Assembly (NCBI GenBank): GCA_964016885.1
Contig: OZ024744.1
Span: 129,704,001-129,768,000, forward strand
Length of the DNA stretch: 64,000 nucleotides
Direction: 5' to 3'
Origin: Eledone cirrhosa
Lineage: Eukaryota
Shown: piece after piece, positions 46,301-58,300 of the stretch
How the letters are laid out: each line of letters starts with the position of its first letter
Position numbering within the stretch: the stretch's first letter is position 1
The notes under the pieces: model-generated
What the model was told of the DNA's origin: nothing
The model's database searches: none
Seen by the model: the letters and a program-made list of their open reading frames with translations, nothing else
Program-made: the position numbers and the translations under genes

Positions 46301-49300
46301 GTTGGGGTTACGTTAAGTTGGGGTTAAGGTAAGTTGGGGTTAAGTTAAGTTCGGGTTAAGTTAAGTTGGTGTTAAGTTAAGTTGGGGCTGAGTTAAGTTG
46401 GGGCTAAGTTAAGTTGGGTCTAAGTTAAGTTGGGGTTAAGTTAAGTTGGGGTTAAGTTAAGTTGGTGTTAAATTAAGTTGGGGTTAAGTTAAGTTGGTGT
46501 TAAGTTAAGTTGGGGTTAAGTTAAGTTGGGGTTAATTAAGTTGGGGTTAAGTTAAGTTGGGGTTAAGTTAATTGGGGTTAAATTAGGTTAGGGTTGAGTT
46601 AAGTTGGGGTTAAGTTAAGTTGGGGTTATATTAAGTTGGGGTTAAGTTAAGTTGGGGTTAAGTAAAGTTGGGGTACAGTTAAGTTGCGGTTAAGTTAAGT
46701 TGGGGTTAAGTTAAGTTAGGCTTAACTTAAGTTGGGGTTAAGTTAAGTTGGGGTGAGTTAAGTTGGGGGTAAGTTAAGTTGGGGTTAAGTTAAGTTGGGG
46801 TTAAGTTGGGGTTAAGTTAATTTAGGGTTAAGTTAAGTTGGGGTTGAGTTAAGTTGGGGTTAAGTTAAGTGGTGGTTATGTTAAGTTGGGGTTAAATTAA
46901 GTTGGGGTTAATTTAAATTGGGGTTAATTTAACTTTGTGGTTAAGTTAAGTTGGGGTTAATTTAAGTTGGGGTTAAGTTAAGTTGGGGTTAATTTAATTT
47001 GTGGTTAAGTTAAGTTGGGGTTAAGTTAAGTTGGGCTTGAGTTAAGCTGGGGTTAAGTTAAGTTGGGGTTAAAATAAGTTGGGGTTAAGTTAAGTTGGGG
47101 TTGAGTTAAGTTGGGGTTGAGTTAATTCGGGGTTAAGTTAAGTTGGGGTTAACTTAAGTTGGGTTTAATTTAAGTTGGGGTTAAGTTAAGTTGGGGTTAT
47201 AATTAAGTTGGGGTTAAGTTAAGTTGGGGGTAAGATAAGTTGGGGTTAGTTAAGTTGCGGTTAAGTTAAGTTGGGGTTAAGTTAAGTTGGGGTTAAGTTA
47301 AGTTGGGGTTAAGTTAAGTTGGGGTTAAATTAAGTTGGGGTTAATTTAAGTTGGGGTAAAGTTAAGTTGGGGGTAAGTTAAGTTGGGGTTAAGTTAAGTT
47401 GGGGTTAAGTTGGGGTTAAGTTAAGTTAGGGTTAACTTAAGTTGGGGTTGTGTTAAGTGGTGGTTATGTTAAGTGGTGGTTATGTTAAGTTGGGGTTAAG
47501 TTAAGTTGGGGTTAAGTTAAATTGGGGTTAAGTTAAGTTGCGGTTAAGTTAAGTTGGGGTTAAGTTAAGTTGGGGTTAAGTTAATTAGGGTTAAGTTAAG
47601 TTGGGGTTAAGTTAAGTTGGGGTTAAGTTAAGTTGGGGTTAAGTTAATTTGTGGTTAAGTTAAGTTGGGGTTAAGTTAAGTTGGGGTTAAGTTAAGTTGG
47701 GGATAAGTTAAGTTGAGGATAAGTTAAGTTGGGGTTAATTAAGTTGGCTTTAAGTTAAGTTGGGGTTAAGTTAAGTTGGGGTTAAGTTAAGTTGGGGTTA
47801 AGTTAAGTTGGTTAGTTAAGTTGAGTTTAAGTTAAGTTGGGGTTAATTTAAGTTGGGGTTAAGTTAAGTTGGGGTTAAGTTAAGTTTGGGTTGAGTTAAG
47901 TTGGGGTTCAGTTAAGTTGGGGTTAAGTTAAGTTGGGGTTAAGTTGGGGTAAAATTAAGTTGGGGTTAAGTTAAGTTGCGGTTAAGTTAAGTTGAGGTTA
48001 AGTTAAGTTGGGGTTAAGTTAAGTTGGGGTTAAGTTAAGTTGGGGCTAAGTTAAGTTGGAGCTAAGTTAAGTTGGGGCTAAGTTAAGTTGGGGTTAAGTT
48101 AAGTTGGGGTTAAGTTAAGGTGGGGTTAAGTTAAATTGGGGTCAACTTAAGTTGGGGTTAATTTAAGTTGGGGTTAACTTAAGTTGGGGTTAAGTTAAGT
48201 TGGGGTTAAGTTAAGTTGGGGTTAAGTTAAGTTGGGGTTACGTTAAGTTGGGGGTAAGTTAAGTTGGTGGTAAGTTAAGTTGGGGGTAAGTTAAGATGGG
48301 GTTAAGTTAAGTTGGGGTTAATTTAATTTGGGTTTAAGTTAAGTTAGGGTTAAGTTAAGTTGGGGTTGAGTTAAGTTGGGGTTAAGTTAAGTTGGGGTTA
48401 TGTTAAGTTGGGGTTAAGTTAAGTTGGGGGTCAGTTAAGTTGGTGGTAAGTTAAGTTGGGGGTAAGTTAAGATGGGGTAAAGTTAAGTTGGGGTTAATTT
48501 AATTTGGGGTTAAGTTAAGTTAGGGTTAAGTTAAGTTGGGGTTGAGTTAAGTTGGGGTTAAGTTAAGTTGGGGTTATGTTAAGTGGGGGTTAAGTTAAGT
48601 TGGGGTTAAGTTAAGTTGGGGTTCAATTAAGTTGCGGATAATTTAAGTTGGGGTTAAGTTAAGTTGGGGTTAAGTTAAGTTGGGGTTAAGTTAAGTTGGG
48701 GTTAAATTAAGTTGGGGTTAAATTAAGTTGGGGTTAAGTTAAGTTGGGGTTATGTTAAGTTGGTGTTAAGTTAAGTTGGGGTTAAGTTAAGTTGGGGTTA
48801 AGTTAGGTTGGTGTTAATTTAAGTTGGGGGTAAGTTAAGTTGGGGGTAAGTTAAGTTGGTGTTAAGTTAAGTTGGGGTTAAGTTAAGTTGGGGTTAAGTT
48901 AAGTTGGGTTTAAGTTAAGTTGGGGCTAAGTTAAGTTGGGGTTAAGTAAAGTTAGGGCTAAGTTAAGTTGGGGTTAAGTTAAGTTGGGGTTAATTTAAGT
49001 TGGGGTTACATTAAGTTGAGGTTAAGTTAAGTTGTGGTTAAGTTAAGTTAGGGTTAATTTAAGTTAGGGTTATGTTAAGTTGGGGTTAAGTTAAGTTGGG
49101 GTTAAGTTAGGTTGGTGTTAAGTTAAGTTGGGGTTAAGTTAATTTGTGGTTAAGTTAAGTTGGGGTTAAGTTAAGTTGGGGTTAAGTTAAGTTGGGGTTA
49201 AAATAAGTTGGGGTTAAGTTAAGTTGGGGTTGAGTTAAGTTGGGGTTGAGTTAATTTGGGGTTAAGTTAAGTTGGGGTTAACTTAAGTTGGGTTTAATTT

Positions 49301-52300
49301 AAGTTGAGGTTAATTTAAGTTGGGGTTAAATTAAGTTGGGGTTAAGTTAAGTTGGGGGTAAGATAAGTTGCGGTTAGTTAAGTTGCGGTTAAGTTAAGTT
49401 GGGGTAAAGTTAAGTTGGGGTTAAGTTAAGTTGGGGTTAAGTTAAGTTGGGGTTAAGTTAAGTTCGGGTTAATTTAAGTTGGGGTTAAGTTAAGTTGGGG
49501 TTAATTTAAGTTGGGGTTAATTTAAGTTGGGGTCAAGTTAAGTTGGGGTTAAGTTAAGTTGGGGTAAAGTTAAGTTGGGGTTAAGTTAAGTTGGGGTTAA
49601 GTTAAGTTGGGGTTAAGTTGGGGTTAAGTTAAGTTAGGGTTAACTTAAGTTGGGGTTGTGTTAAGTGGTGGTTATGTTAAGTGGTGGTTATGTTAAGTTG
49701 GGGTTAAGTTAAGTTGTGGTTAAGTTAAATTGGGGTTAAGTTAAGTTGCGGTTAATTTAAGTTGGGGTTAAGTTAAGTTGGGGTTAAGTTAATTAGGGTT
49801 AAGTTAAGTTGGGGTTAAGTTAAGTTGGGGTTAAGTTAAGTTGGGGTTAAGTTAAGTCGGGGTTAAGTTGGGGTTAAGTTAAGTTAGGGTTAACTTAAGT
49901 TGGGGTTGTGTTAAGTGGTGGTTATGTTAAGTGGTGGTTATGTTAAGTTGGGGTTAAGTTAAGTTGTGGTTAAGTTAAATTGGGGTTAAGTTAAGTTGCG
50001 GTTAATTTAAGTTGGGGTTAAGTTAAGTTGGGGTTAAGTTAATTAGGCTTAAGTTAAGTTGGGGTTAAGTTAAGTTGGGGTTAAGTTAAGTTGGGGTTAA
50101 GTTAAGTCGGGGTTAATTTAAGTTGGGGTTAAGTTAAGTTGAGGTTAAAGTTAAGTAGGGGTTAAATTATGTTGGGGTTAAGTTAAGTTGGGGATAAGTT
50201 AAGTTGGGGATAAGTTAAGTTGGGGTTAATTAAGTTGGGTTTAAGTTAACTTGGGGTTAAGTTAAGTTGGGGTTAAGTTAAGTTGGGGTTAAGTTAAGTT
50301 GGTTAGTTAAGTTGAGTTTAAGTTAAGTTGGGCTTAATTTAAGTTGGGGTTAAGTTAAGTTGGGGTTAAGTTAAGTTGGGGTTAAGTTAAGTTGGGGTTA
50401 AGTTAAGATGGGGTTCAGTTAAGTTGGGGTTAATTTAAGTTGGGGTTAAGTTGGGGTAAAGTTAAGTTGGGGTTAAGTTAAGTTGGGGTTAAGTTAAGTT
50501 GGGGTTAAGTTAAGTTGGGGTTAAGTTAAGTTGCGGTTAAGTTAAGTTGAGGTTAAGTTAAGTTGGGGTTAAGTTAAGTTGGGGTTAAGTTAAGTTGGGG
50601 CTAAGTTAAGTTGGGGCTAAGTTAAGTTGGGGCTAAGTTAAGTTGGGGTTAAGTTAACTTTGGGTTAAGTTAAGTTGGGTTTGAGTTAAGTTGGGGTTAA
50701 TTAAGTTGGGGTTAAGTTAAGTTGGGGTTAAGTTAAGTTGGGGTTAAGTTAAGTTGGGGTTAAGTTAAGTTGCGGTTAAGTTAAGTTGATGTTAAGTTAA
50801 GTTGGGGTTAAGTTAAGTTGGGGTTAAGTTAAGTTGGGGCTAAGTTAAGTTGGGGCTAAGTTAAGTTGGGGCTAAGTTAAGTTGGGGTTAAGTTAAGGTG
50901 GGGTTCAGTTAAGTTGGGGTCAACTTAAGTTGGGGTTAAGTTAAGTTGGGGTTAAGTTAAGTTGGAGTTAAGTTTAGTTGGGGTTAAGTTAAGTTGGGGT
51001 TACGTTAAGTTGGGGGTAAGTTAAGTTGGTGGTAAGTTAAGTTGGGGGTAAGTTAAGATGGGGTTAAGTTAAGTTGGGGTTAATTTAAGTTGGGGTTAAG
51101 TTAAGTTGGGGTTAAGTTAAGTTGGGGTTAAGTTAAGTTGGGGTTAAGTTAAGTTGGGGTTAAATTAACTTGGGGTTAAATTAAGTTGGGGTTCAGTTAA
51201 GTTGGGGTTATGTTAAGTTGGTGTTAAGTTAAGTTGGGGTTAAGTTAAGTTGGGGTTAAGTTAAGTTGGGGTTAAGTTAAGTTGGGGTTAATTTAAGTTG
51301 GGGTTACATTAAGTTGATGTTAAGTTAAGTTGGGGTTAAGTTAAGTTGGGGTTAAGTTAAGTTGGGGTTAAATTAAGTTGGGGTTAAATTAAGTTGGGGT
51401 TAAGTTAAGTTGGGGTTAAGTTAGGTTGGTGTTAAGTTAAGTTGGGGTTAAGTTAATTTGTGGTTAAGTTAAGTTGGGGTTAAGTTAAGTTGGGGTTAAG
51501 TTCAGTCGGGGTTAAGTTAAGTCGGGGTTAAGTTAAGTTGGGGTTAAATTAAGTTGCGGTTAAGTTAAGTTGGGGTTACGTTAAGTTGGGGTTAAGTTAA
51601 TTAGGGTTAAGTTAAGTTGGGGTTAAGTTAAGTTGGGGTTAAGTTAAGTTGGGGTTAAGTTAAGTTGGGTTTAAGTTAAGTTGGGGCTAAGTTAAGTTAG
51701 GGCTAAGTTAAGTTGGGGTTAAGTTAAGTTGGGGTTAATTTAAGTTGGGGTTACATTAAGTTGAGGTTAAGTTAAGTTGTGGTTAAGTTAAGTTAGGGTT
51801 AATTTAAGTTAGGGTTATGTTAAGTTGGAGTTAAGTTAAGTTGGGGTTAAGTTAGGTTGGTGTTAAGTTAAGTTGGGGTTAAGTTAATTTGTGGTTAAGT
51901 TAAGTTGGGGTTAAGTTAAGTTGGGGTTAAGTTCAGTCGGGGTTAATTTAAGTCGGGGTTAAGTTAAGTTGGGGTTAAGTTAAGTTGGGGTTAAGTTAAG
52001 TTGGGGTTGAGTTAAGTTGGGGTTAAGTTAAGGTGGGGTTAAAATAAGTTGGGGTTAAGTTAAGTTGGGGTTGAGTTAAGTTGGGGTTGAGTTAATTTGG
52101 GGTTAAGTTAAGTTGGGGTTAACTTAAGTTGGGTTTAATTTAAGTTGGGGTTAATTTAAGTTGGGGTTAAATTAAGTTGGGGTTAAATTAAGTTGGGGTT
52201 AAGTTAAGTTGGGGGTAAGATAAGTTGGGGTTAGTTAAGTTGCGGTTAAGTTAAGTTGGGGTTAAGTTAAGTTGGGGTTAATTTAAGTTGGGGTTAATTT

Positions 52301-55300
52301 AAGTTGGGGTTAAGTTAAGTTGGGGTTAATTTAAGTTGGGGTTAATTTAAGTTGGGGTTAAGTTAAGTTGGGGTTAAGTTAAGTTGGGGTAAAGTTAAGT
52401 TGGGGTTAAGTTAAGTTGGGGTTAAGTTAAGTTGGGGTTAAGTTGGGGTTAAGTTAAGTTAGGGTTAACTTAAGTTGGGGTTGTGTTAAGTGGTGGTTAT
52501 GTTAAGTGGTGGTTATGTTAAGTTGGGGTTAAGTTAAGTTGGGGTTAAGTTAAATTGGGGTTAAGTTAAGTCGCGGTTAAGTTAAGTTGGGGTTAAGTTA
52601 AGTTGGGGTTAAGTTAATTAGGGTTAAGTTAAGTTGGGGTTAAGTTAAGTTGGGGTTAAGTTAAGTTGGGGTTAAGTTAAGTTGGGGTTAAGTTAAGTTG
52701 GGGTTAAGATAAGTTGGGGTTAAGTTAAGTCGGGGTTAAGTTAAGTTAGGGTTAAGTTAAGTTGGGGTTAATTTAAGTTGGGGTTAAGTTAAGTTGGGGT
52801 TAAGTTAAGTTGGGGTTAAGTTAAGTTGAGGTTAAAGTTAAGTAGGGGTTAAATTATGTTGGGGTTAAGTTAAGTTGGGGTTAAGTTAAGTTGGGGTTAA
52901 GTTAAGTTGGGGATAAGTTAAGTTGGGGATAAGTTAAGTTGGGGTTAATTAAGTTGGGTTTAAGTTAAGTTGGGGTTAAGTTAAGTTGGGGTTAAGTTAA
53001 GTTGGGGTTAAGTTAAGTCGGTTAGTTAAGTTGAGTTTAAGTTAAGTTGGGCTTAATTTAAGTTGGGGTTAAGTTAAGTTGGGGTTAAGTTAAGTTGGGG
53101 TTAAGTTAAGTTGGGGTTAAGTTAAGTTGGGGTTCAGTCAAGTTGGGGTTAAGTTAAGTTGGGGTTAAGTTGGGGTAAAATTAAGTTGGGGTTAAGTTAA
53201 GTTGGGGTTAAGTTAAGTTGCGGTTAAGTTAAGTTGAGGTTAAATTAAGTTGGGGTTAAGTTAAGTTGGGGTTAATTTAAGTTGGGGCTAAGTTAAGTTG
53301 GGGCTAAGTTAAGTTGGGGCTAAGTTAAGTTGGGGTTAAGTTAACTTTGGGTTAAGTTAAGTTGGGTTTGAGTTAAGTTGGGGTTAATTAAGTTGGGGTT
53401 AAGTTAAGTTGGGGTTAAGTTAAGTTGGGGTTAAGTTAAGTTGGTGTTAAGTTAAGTTGCGGTTAAGTTAAGTTGATGTTAAGTTAAGTTGGGGTTAAGT
53501 TAAGTTGGGGTTAAGTTAAGTTGGGGCTAAGTTAAGTTGGGGCTAAGTTAAGTTGGGGCTAAGTTAAGTTGGGGTTAAGTTAAGGTGGGGTTAAGTTAAG
53601 TTGGGGTTAATTTAATTTGGGGTTAAGTTAAGTTAGGGTTAAGTTAAGTTGGGGTTATGTTAAGTTGGGGTTAAGTTAAGTTGGGGTTAAGTTAAGTTGG
53701 GGTTCAATTAAGTTGCGGTTAATTTAAGTTGGGTTTAAGTTAAGTTGGGGTTCAGTTAAGTTGGGGTTATGTTAAGTTGGTGTTAAGTTAAGTTGGGGTT
53801 AAGTTAAGTTGGGGTTAAGTTAAGTTGGGGTTAAGTTAGGTTGGTGTTAAGTTAAGTTGGCGGTAAGTTAAGTTGGGGGTAAGTTAAGTTGGTGTTAAGT
53901 TATGTTGGGGTTAAGTTAAGTTGGGGTTAAGTTAAGTTGGGTTTAAGTTAAGTTGGGGCTAAGTTAAGTTAGGGCTAAGTTAAGTTGGGGTTAAGTAAAG
54001 TTAGGGCTAAGTTAAGTTGGGGTTAAGTTAAGTTGGGGTTAATTTAAGTTGGGGTTACATTAAGTTGAGGTTAAGTTAAGTTGGGGTTAAGTTAAGTTGG
54101 GTTTAAGTTAAGTTGGGGCTAAGTTAAGTTAGGGCTAAGTTAAGTTGGGGCTGAGTTAAGTTGGGGTTAAGTTAAGTTGGGGTTGAGTTAAGTTGGGGTT
54201 AAGTTAAGTTGGGGTTAAGTTAAGTTGGGGTTAAGTTAAGTTGGGGCTGAGTTAAGTTGGGGTTACGTTAAGTTGGGGTTAAGGTAAGTTGGGGTTAAGT
54301 TAAGTTCGGGTTAAGTTAAGTTGGTGTTAAGTTAAGTTGGGGCTGAGTTAAGTTGGGGCTAAGTTAAGTTGGGTCTAAGTTAAGTTGGGGTTAAGTTAAG
54401 TTGGGGTTAAGTTAAGTTGGTGTTAAATTAAGTTGGGGTTAAGTTAAGTTGGTGTTAAGTTAAGTTGGGGTTAAGTTAAGTTGGGGTTAATTAAGTTGGG
54501 GTTAAGTTAAGTTGGGGTTAAGTTAATTGGGGTTAAATTAGGTTAGGGTTGAGTTAAGTTGGGGTTAAGTTAAGTTGGGGTTATATTAAGTTGGGGTTAA
54601 GTTAAGTTGGGGTTAAGTAAAGTTGGGGTACAGTTAAGTTGCGGTTAAGTTAAGTTGGGGTTAAGTTAAGTTAGGCTTAACTTAAGTTGGGGTTAAGTTA
54701 AGTTGGGGTGAGTTAAGTTGGGGGTAAGTTAAGTTGGGGTTAAGTTAAGTTGGGGTTAAGTTGGGGTTAAGTTAATTTAGGGTTAAGTTAAGTTGGGGTT
54801 GAGTTAAGTTGGGGTTAAGTTAAGTGGTGGTTATGTTAAGTTGGGGTTAAATTAAGTTGGGGTTAATTTAAATTGGGGTTAATTTAACTTTGTGGTTAAG
54901 TTAAGTTGGGGTTAATTTAAGTTGGGGTTAAGTTAAGTTGGGGTTAATTTAATTTGTGGTTAAGTTAAGTTGGGGTTAAGTTAAGTTGGGCTTGAGTTAA
55001 GCTGGGGTTAAGTTAAGTTGGGGTTAAAATAAGTTGGGGTTAAGTTAAGTTGGGGTTGAGTTAAGTTGGGGTTGAGTTAATTCGGGGTTAAGTTAAGTTG
55101 GGGTTAACTTAAGTTGGGTTTAATTTAAGTTGGGGTTAAGTTAAGTTGGGGTTATAATTAAGTTGGGGTTAAGTTAAGTTGGGGGTAAGATAAGTTGGGG
55201 TTAGTTAAGTTGCGGTTAAGTTAAGTTGGGGTTAAGTTAAGTTGGGGTTAAGTTAAGTTGGGGTTAAGTTAAGTTGGGGTTAAATTAAGTTGGGGTTAAT

Positions 55301-58300
55301 TTAAGTTGGGGTAAAGTTAAGTTGGGGGTAAGTTAAGTTGGGGTTAAGTTAAGTTGGGGTTAAGTTGGGGTTAAGTTAAGTTAGGGTTAACTTAAGTTGG
55401 GGTTGTGTTAAGTGGTGGTTATGTTAAGTGGTGGTTATGTTAAGTTGGGGTTAAGTTAAGTTGGGGTTAAGTTAAATTGGGGTTAAGTTAAGTTGCGGTT
55501 AAGTTAAGTTGGGGTTAAGTTAAGTTGGGGTTAAGTTAATTAGGGTTAAGTTAAGTTGGGGTTAAGTTAAGTTGGGGTTAAGTTAAGTTGGGGTTAAGTT
55601 AATTTGTGGTTAAGTTAAGTTGGGGTTAAGTTAAGTTGGGGTTAAGTTAAGTTGGGGATAAGTTAAGTTGAGGATAAGTTAAGTTGGGGTTAATTAAGTT
55701 GGCTTTAAGTTAAGTTGGGGTTAAGTTAAGTTGGGGTTAAGTTAAGTTGGGGTTAAGTTAAGTTGGTTAGTTAAGTTGAGTTTAAGTTAAGTTGGGGTTA
55801 ATTTAAGTTGGGGTTAAGTTAAGTTGGGGTTAAGTTAAGTTTGGGTTGAGTTAAGTTGGGGTTCAGTTAAGTTGGGGTTAAGTTAAGTTGGGGTTAAGTT
55901 GGGGTAAAATTAAGTTGGGGTTAAGTTAAGTTGCGGTTAAGTTAAGTTGAGGTTAAGTTAAGTTGGGGTTAAGTTAAGTTGGGGTTAAGTTAAGTTGGGG
56001 CTAAGTTAAGTTGGAGCTAAGTTAAGTTGGGGCTAAGTTAAGTTGGGGTTAAGTTAAGTTGGGGTTAAGTTAAGGTGGGGTTAAGTTAAATTGGGGTCAA
56101 CTTAAGTTGGGGTTAATTTAAGTTGGGGTTAACTTAAGTTGGGGTTAAGTTAAGTTGGGGTTAAGTTAAGTTGGGGTTAAGTTAAGTTGGGGTTACGTTA
56201 AGTTGGGGGTAAGTTAAGTTGGTGGTAAGTTAAGTTGGGGGTAAGTTAAGATGGGGTTAAGTTAAGTTGGGGTTAATTTAATTTGGGTTTAAGTTAAGTT
56301 AGGGTTAAGTTAAGTTGGGGTTGAGTTAAGTTGGGGTTAAGTTAAGTTGGGGTTATGTTAAGTTGGGGTTAAGTTAAGTTGGGGTTAAGTTAAGTTGGGG
56401 CTCAATTAAGTTGCGGTTAATTTAAGTTGGGGTTAAGTTAAGTTGGGGTTAAGTTAAGTTGGGGTTAAGTTAAGTTGGGGTTAAATTAAGTTGGGGTTAA
56501 ATTAAGTTGGGGTTAAGTTAAGTTGGGGTTATGTTAAGTTGGTGTTAAGTTAAGTTGGGGTTAAGTTAAGTTGGGGTTAAGTTAGGTTGGTGTTAATTTA
56601 AGTTGGGGTTAAGTTAAGTTGGGGTTAAGTTAAGTTGGTTAGTTAAGTTGAGTTTAAGTTAAGTTGGGGTTAATTTAAGTTGGGGTTAAGTTAAGTTGGG
56701 GTTAAGTTAAGTTGGGGTTAAGTTAAGTTGGGGTTCAGTTAAGTTGGGGTTAAGTTAAGTTGGGGTTAAGTTAAGTTGCGGTTAAGTTAAGTTGCCGTTA
56801 AGTTAAGTTGAGGTTAAGTTAAGTTGGGGTTAAGTTAAGTTGGGGTTAAGTTAAGTTGGGGCTAAGTTAAGTTGGGGCTAAGTTAAGTTGGGGCTAAGTT
56901 AAGTTGGGGTTAAGTTAACTTTGGGTTAAGTTAAGTTGGGTTTGAGTTAAGTTGGGGTTAATTAAGTTGGGGTTAAGTTAAGTTGGGGTTAAGTTAAGTT
57001 GGGGTTAAGTTGGGGTTAAGTTAAGTTGCGGTTAAGTTAAGTTGATGTTAAGTTAAGTTGGGGTTAAGTTAAGTTGGGGTTAAGTTAAGTTGGGGCTAGG
57101 TTAAGTTGGGGTTAATTTAAGTTGGGGTTAAGTTAAGGTGGGGTTAAGTTAAGTTGGGGTCAACTTAAGTTGGGGTTAAGTTAAGTTGGGGTTAACTTAA
57201 GTTGGGGTTAAGTTAAGTTGGGGTTAAGTTAAGTTGGGGTTACGTTAAGTTGGGGGTAAGTCAAGTTGGTGGTAAGTTAAGTTGGGGGTAAGTTAAGATG
57301 GGGTTAAGTTAAGTTGGGGTTAATTTAATTTGGGGTTAAGTTAAGTTAGGGTTAAGTTAAGTTGGGGTTGAGTTAAGTTGGGGTTAAGTTAAGTTGGGGT
57401 TATGTTAAGTTGGGGTTAAGTTAAGTTGGGGTTAAGTTAAGTTGGGGTTCAATTAAGTTGCGGATAATTTAAGTTGGGGTTAAGTTAAGTTGGGGTTAAG
57501 TTAAGTTGGGGTTAAGTTAAGTTGGGGTTAAATTAAGTTGGGGTTAAATTGAGTTGGGGTTAAGTTAATTTGGGGTTATGTTAAGTTGGTGTTAAGTTAA
57601 GTTGGGGTTAAGTTAAGTTGGGGTTAAGTTAGGTTGGTGTTAATTTAAGTTGGGGGTAAGTTAAGTTGGGGGTAAGTTAAGTTGGTGTTAAGTTAAGTTG
57701 GGGTTAAGTTAAGTTGGGGTTAAGTTAAGTTGGGTTTAAGTTAAGTTGGGGCTAAGTTAAGTTAGGGCTAAGTTAAGTTGGGGTTAAGTAAAGTTAGGGC
57801 TAAGTTAAGTTGGGGTTAAGTTAAGTTGGGGTTAATTTAAGTTGGGGTTACATTAAGTTGATGTTAAGTTAAGTTGGGGTTAAGTTAAGTTGGGGTTAAG
57901 TTAAGTTGGGGTTAAATTAAGTTGGGGTTAAATTAAGTTGGGGTTAAGTTAAGTTGGGGTTAAGTTAGGTTGGTGTTAAGTTAAGTTGGGGTTAAGTTAA
58001 TTTGTGGTTAAGTTAAGTTGGGGTTAAGTTAAGTTGGGGTTAAGTTCAGTCGGGGTTAAGTTAAGTCGGGGTTAAGTTAAGTTGGGGTTAAGTTAAGTTG
58101 CGGTTAAGTTAAGTTGGGGTTAAGTTAAGTTGGGGTTAAGTTAATTAGGGTTAAGTTCAGTTGGGGTTAAGTTAAGTTGGGGTTAAGTTAAGTTAAGTTA
58201 AGTTGGGTTTAAGTTAAGTTGGGGCTAAGTTAAGTTAGGGCTAAGTTAAGTTGGGGTTAAGTTAAGTTGGGGTTAAGTTAAGTTGGGGTTAAGTTAATTT